Shown here: in pieces, positions 50,848 to 52,683 of the stretch
Numbering within the stretch: position 1 is the stretch's first letter
Layout: the number at the start of each line of letters is the position of its first letter
Source: Bacteroidota bacterium
GTDB taxonomy: Bacteria; Bacteroidota; Bacteroidia; Sphingobacteriales; Sphingobacteriaceae
DNA length: 52,683 nt
Direction of reading: 5' to 3'
NCBI GenBank assembly: GCA_029851965.1
Contig: JARKUW010000152.1
Coordinates: forward strand, 1-52,683
Notes under the pieces: model-generated
Databases searched by the model: none
What the model saw: only the letters and a program-made list of their open reading frames with translations
What the model was told of the DNA's origin: nothing
Program-made: the position numbers and the translations under genes

Positions 50848-52683
50848 CTAGAATCTCACAGATAGGTTTAAACCGTAGCTTCTAACCGTTGGTAAGCCAA
50901 AGTTCTCCAGCCCCTGTGCATTTCCGCTGTTGTAGCTTGCCTCAGGATCTATGTTCTTTGCACTGTTATACAACAGGAACAGGTTACGTGCAACTACAGA
51001 AATGTTCACCGATTGAAACGGTGTTTTAGTCAGCATGCTGCTTGGCAAAGAATAGCCCATCGTAATAGACCTAAGTTTAATAAAGTCTGCACTGGTCACA
51101 AACTCATCTGTCAAAGTTGCCCAGATCGTAGAGTAATACGTTTGTGCGTCAACTGTTCCGGAGTAAGGCAAACCATCCTGACCTACGCCTGAAACAGGCA
51201 CACCAGTCTCACGTACATTGTTGGCAACGGTACGTTTGTCCAGTCCGAACTGCGTACCGTACGCGCTTGTTGCTGAATAAACGCTCGCACCGAACTTTCC
51301 GTCAACCAACACACTCAGGTTGAAGTTCTTGTACCTGAAATCATTGCTAATACCCATTGTCACTGGCGGAACTCCTTTACCCAATACTTCTACAGGACCT
51401 TGTACAGGTATACCTGTCGCTCTGTTGTAGATAATCTGGCCATCTGCATTCCTGGCAGCGCGGTTACCGGCAATCATTCCAAAAGGCTGACCTTCGAAGT
51501 GGAATACACCCCCGTTAAGCGTTCTTGTGGTCGCATCCGGGAGTTGAATGGATGGTAAACCTTCAGCTATTCGTAAAACGGTGTTTTTGTTGTAAGCTAA
51601 GTTATAGGCCAGATCCCAGTTGAAATCAGATCTCTTAAGGAGTGTACCCGTCAACAATAATTCGATACCACGATTTTGTATTTTTCCAACGTTTAACGCA
51701 ACACTTGAGAATCCGGATGAGCTTGGAACCGACGCATTGACAATATCATTGGTTGTGGTTCTATCGTATACCGTCACATCAAAACCGATACGGTTGTCGA
51801 GCATTCTACCTTCAATACCTGCCTCCGTAGTTGTAGAGGTATATGGCTTCAATTTATTCGGTATGGTATTGGAGTTGATCGATTGCAATGTGGCACCGGT
51901 AAGGTACAACTGAGGAGAGTTGGTGTACGTAAGGTCAAGACCGTAAGGACTTGGCGCCCCACCACCTACTTGCGCCCAGGATGCTCTGGCCTTTAAGAAG
52001 TTTAGCCAGGTCGGCTTGCTTTTCCAGGCTTCAGAAGCCACAAAACTCAAACCCGCAGATGGATAGAACAAACTGTTCTGTTCAATATCCAATGTAGAGA
52101 ACCAATCCTGACGTCCGCTCAGGGTCAGATATAAGTAGTTTTTAAAGCCAATGTCAGTTGAGGCAAATAACGAGTTAATGGCCGACTGGTTGTAGGCTAA
52201 ATTGAAAGTTTGTGCACTACCATTGCTAATGAAGTATTGGAATGGAACATTAAACTGTCCACTTGCCAGTGCTATTCCCTTTGCAGTTCTTTTCATCTGG
52301 TTTCCGCCAGCAAGTGCATTGATAGAGAAATCACCAAAAGTCTTGTTGAACCCCAGGATTGCTTCTGCATTTACTTCCTGTCTAAAGTCCTGGTTCGTGT
52401 TCATTTGTCCCCTGTTATTATAGGCGGTGCCAGTTGGTTCAGATATATCGTAAGCGTCGAAATTAAACTGGTCGATACCTACCCGGGCACGGGCATAAAG
52501 GAAATCCGTAAAATTATATCTGGTTGAAAAGGAACCTATAAAGCGCTTACGGGTATCACCATTGGTCATTTTATTCACGGCGAAATAAGGATTCGTTGCG
52601 TAGATATAATCACTCCAGACGAACTCATTCCCGTTCTCTGCATATCCAGGAGCCAGCGTACGCACGTCAATACTGTTGGCGAT
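50848..52683 (-). CDS. SusC/RagA TonB-dependent transporter, 5'-partial
   Basis: Frame is open to the window edge. RQDWFSTL, FYPSAG, KARASWAQVG, GKIQNRGIE, FIKLRSIT and terminal YGLNLSVRF. Confidence 0.93.
   Translation of the reverse strand: MANSIDVRTLAPGYAENGNEFVWSDYIYATNPYFAVNKMTNGDTRKRFIGSFSTRYNFTDFLYARARVGIDQFNFDAYDISEPTGTAYNNRGQMNTNQDFRQEVNAEAILGFNKTFGDFSINALAGGNQMKRTAKGIALASGQFNVPFQYFISNGSAQTFNLAYNQSAINSLFASTDIGFKNYLYLTLSGRQDWFSTLDIEQNSLFYPSAGLSFVASEAWKSKPTWLNFLKARASWAQVGGGAPSPYGLDLTYTNSPQLYLTGATLQSINSNTIPNKLKPYTSTTTEAGIEGRMLDNRIGFDVTVYDRTTTNDIVNASVPSSSGFSSVALNVGKIQNRGIELLLTGTLLKRSDFNWDLAYNLAYNKNTVLRIAEGLPSIQLPDATTRTLNGGVFHFEGQPFGMIAGNRAARNADGQIIYNRATGIPVQGPVEVLGKGVPPVTMGISNDFRYKNFNLSVLVDGKFGASVYSATSAYGTQFGLDKRTVANNVRETGVPVSGVGQDGLPYSGTVDAQTYYSTIWATLTDEFVTSADFIKLRSITMGYSLPSSMLTKTPFQSVNISVVARNLFLLYNSAKNIDPEASYNSGNAQGLENFGLPTVRSYGLNLSVRF

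Overview
Chromosomal window from a Bacteroidota genome, most consistent with Sphingobacteriaceae (Pedobacter-like). This is inferred from TAnnTTTG -7 promoter boxes, PafA, SusC/SusD and a stand-alone atpD-atpC pair. Left half, mostly housekeeping: partial esterase/SMP-30 lactonase, pyrR-pyrB, a TPR / beta-barrel / HU-SPOR / ExbB-ExbD-TonB envelope cluster, folC, pafA, icmF, trxA, a class-III aminotransferase, obgE, adk, a two-gene islet of unknown function beside tRNA-Arg(ACG), a peroxiredoxin, an RfbD-like reductase and atpDC. Middle: a ~14 kb ilvE-ilvD-ilvB-ilvN-ilvC-leuC-leuD-(ModF-like ABC)-leuB-leuA-ilvA operon. It is preceded by an unannotated 27-codon Leu/Ile/Val-rich leader peptide with mutually exclusive antiterminator and terminator helices, i.e. 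a ribosome-mediated attenuator. Right end: a minus-strand SusC/SusD locus whose enzymes all carry export signals (Tat-exported UxuA-like dehydratase, two Sec-exported RraA/HMG-aldolase proteins, a PQQ/cytochrome-c lipoprotein dehydrogenase), plus a BASS symporter. This suggests a periplasmic, non-phosphorylative sugar-acid cleavage pathway. No CRISPR array, rRNA, transposase or integrase was seen. All calls come from reading motifs by eye; no searches were run.
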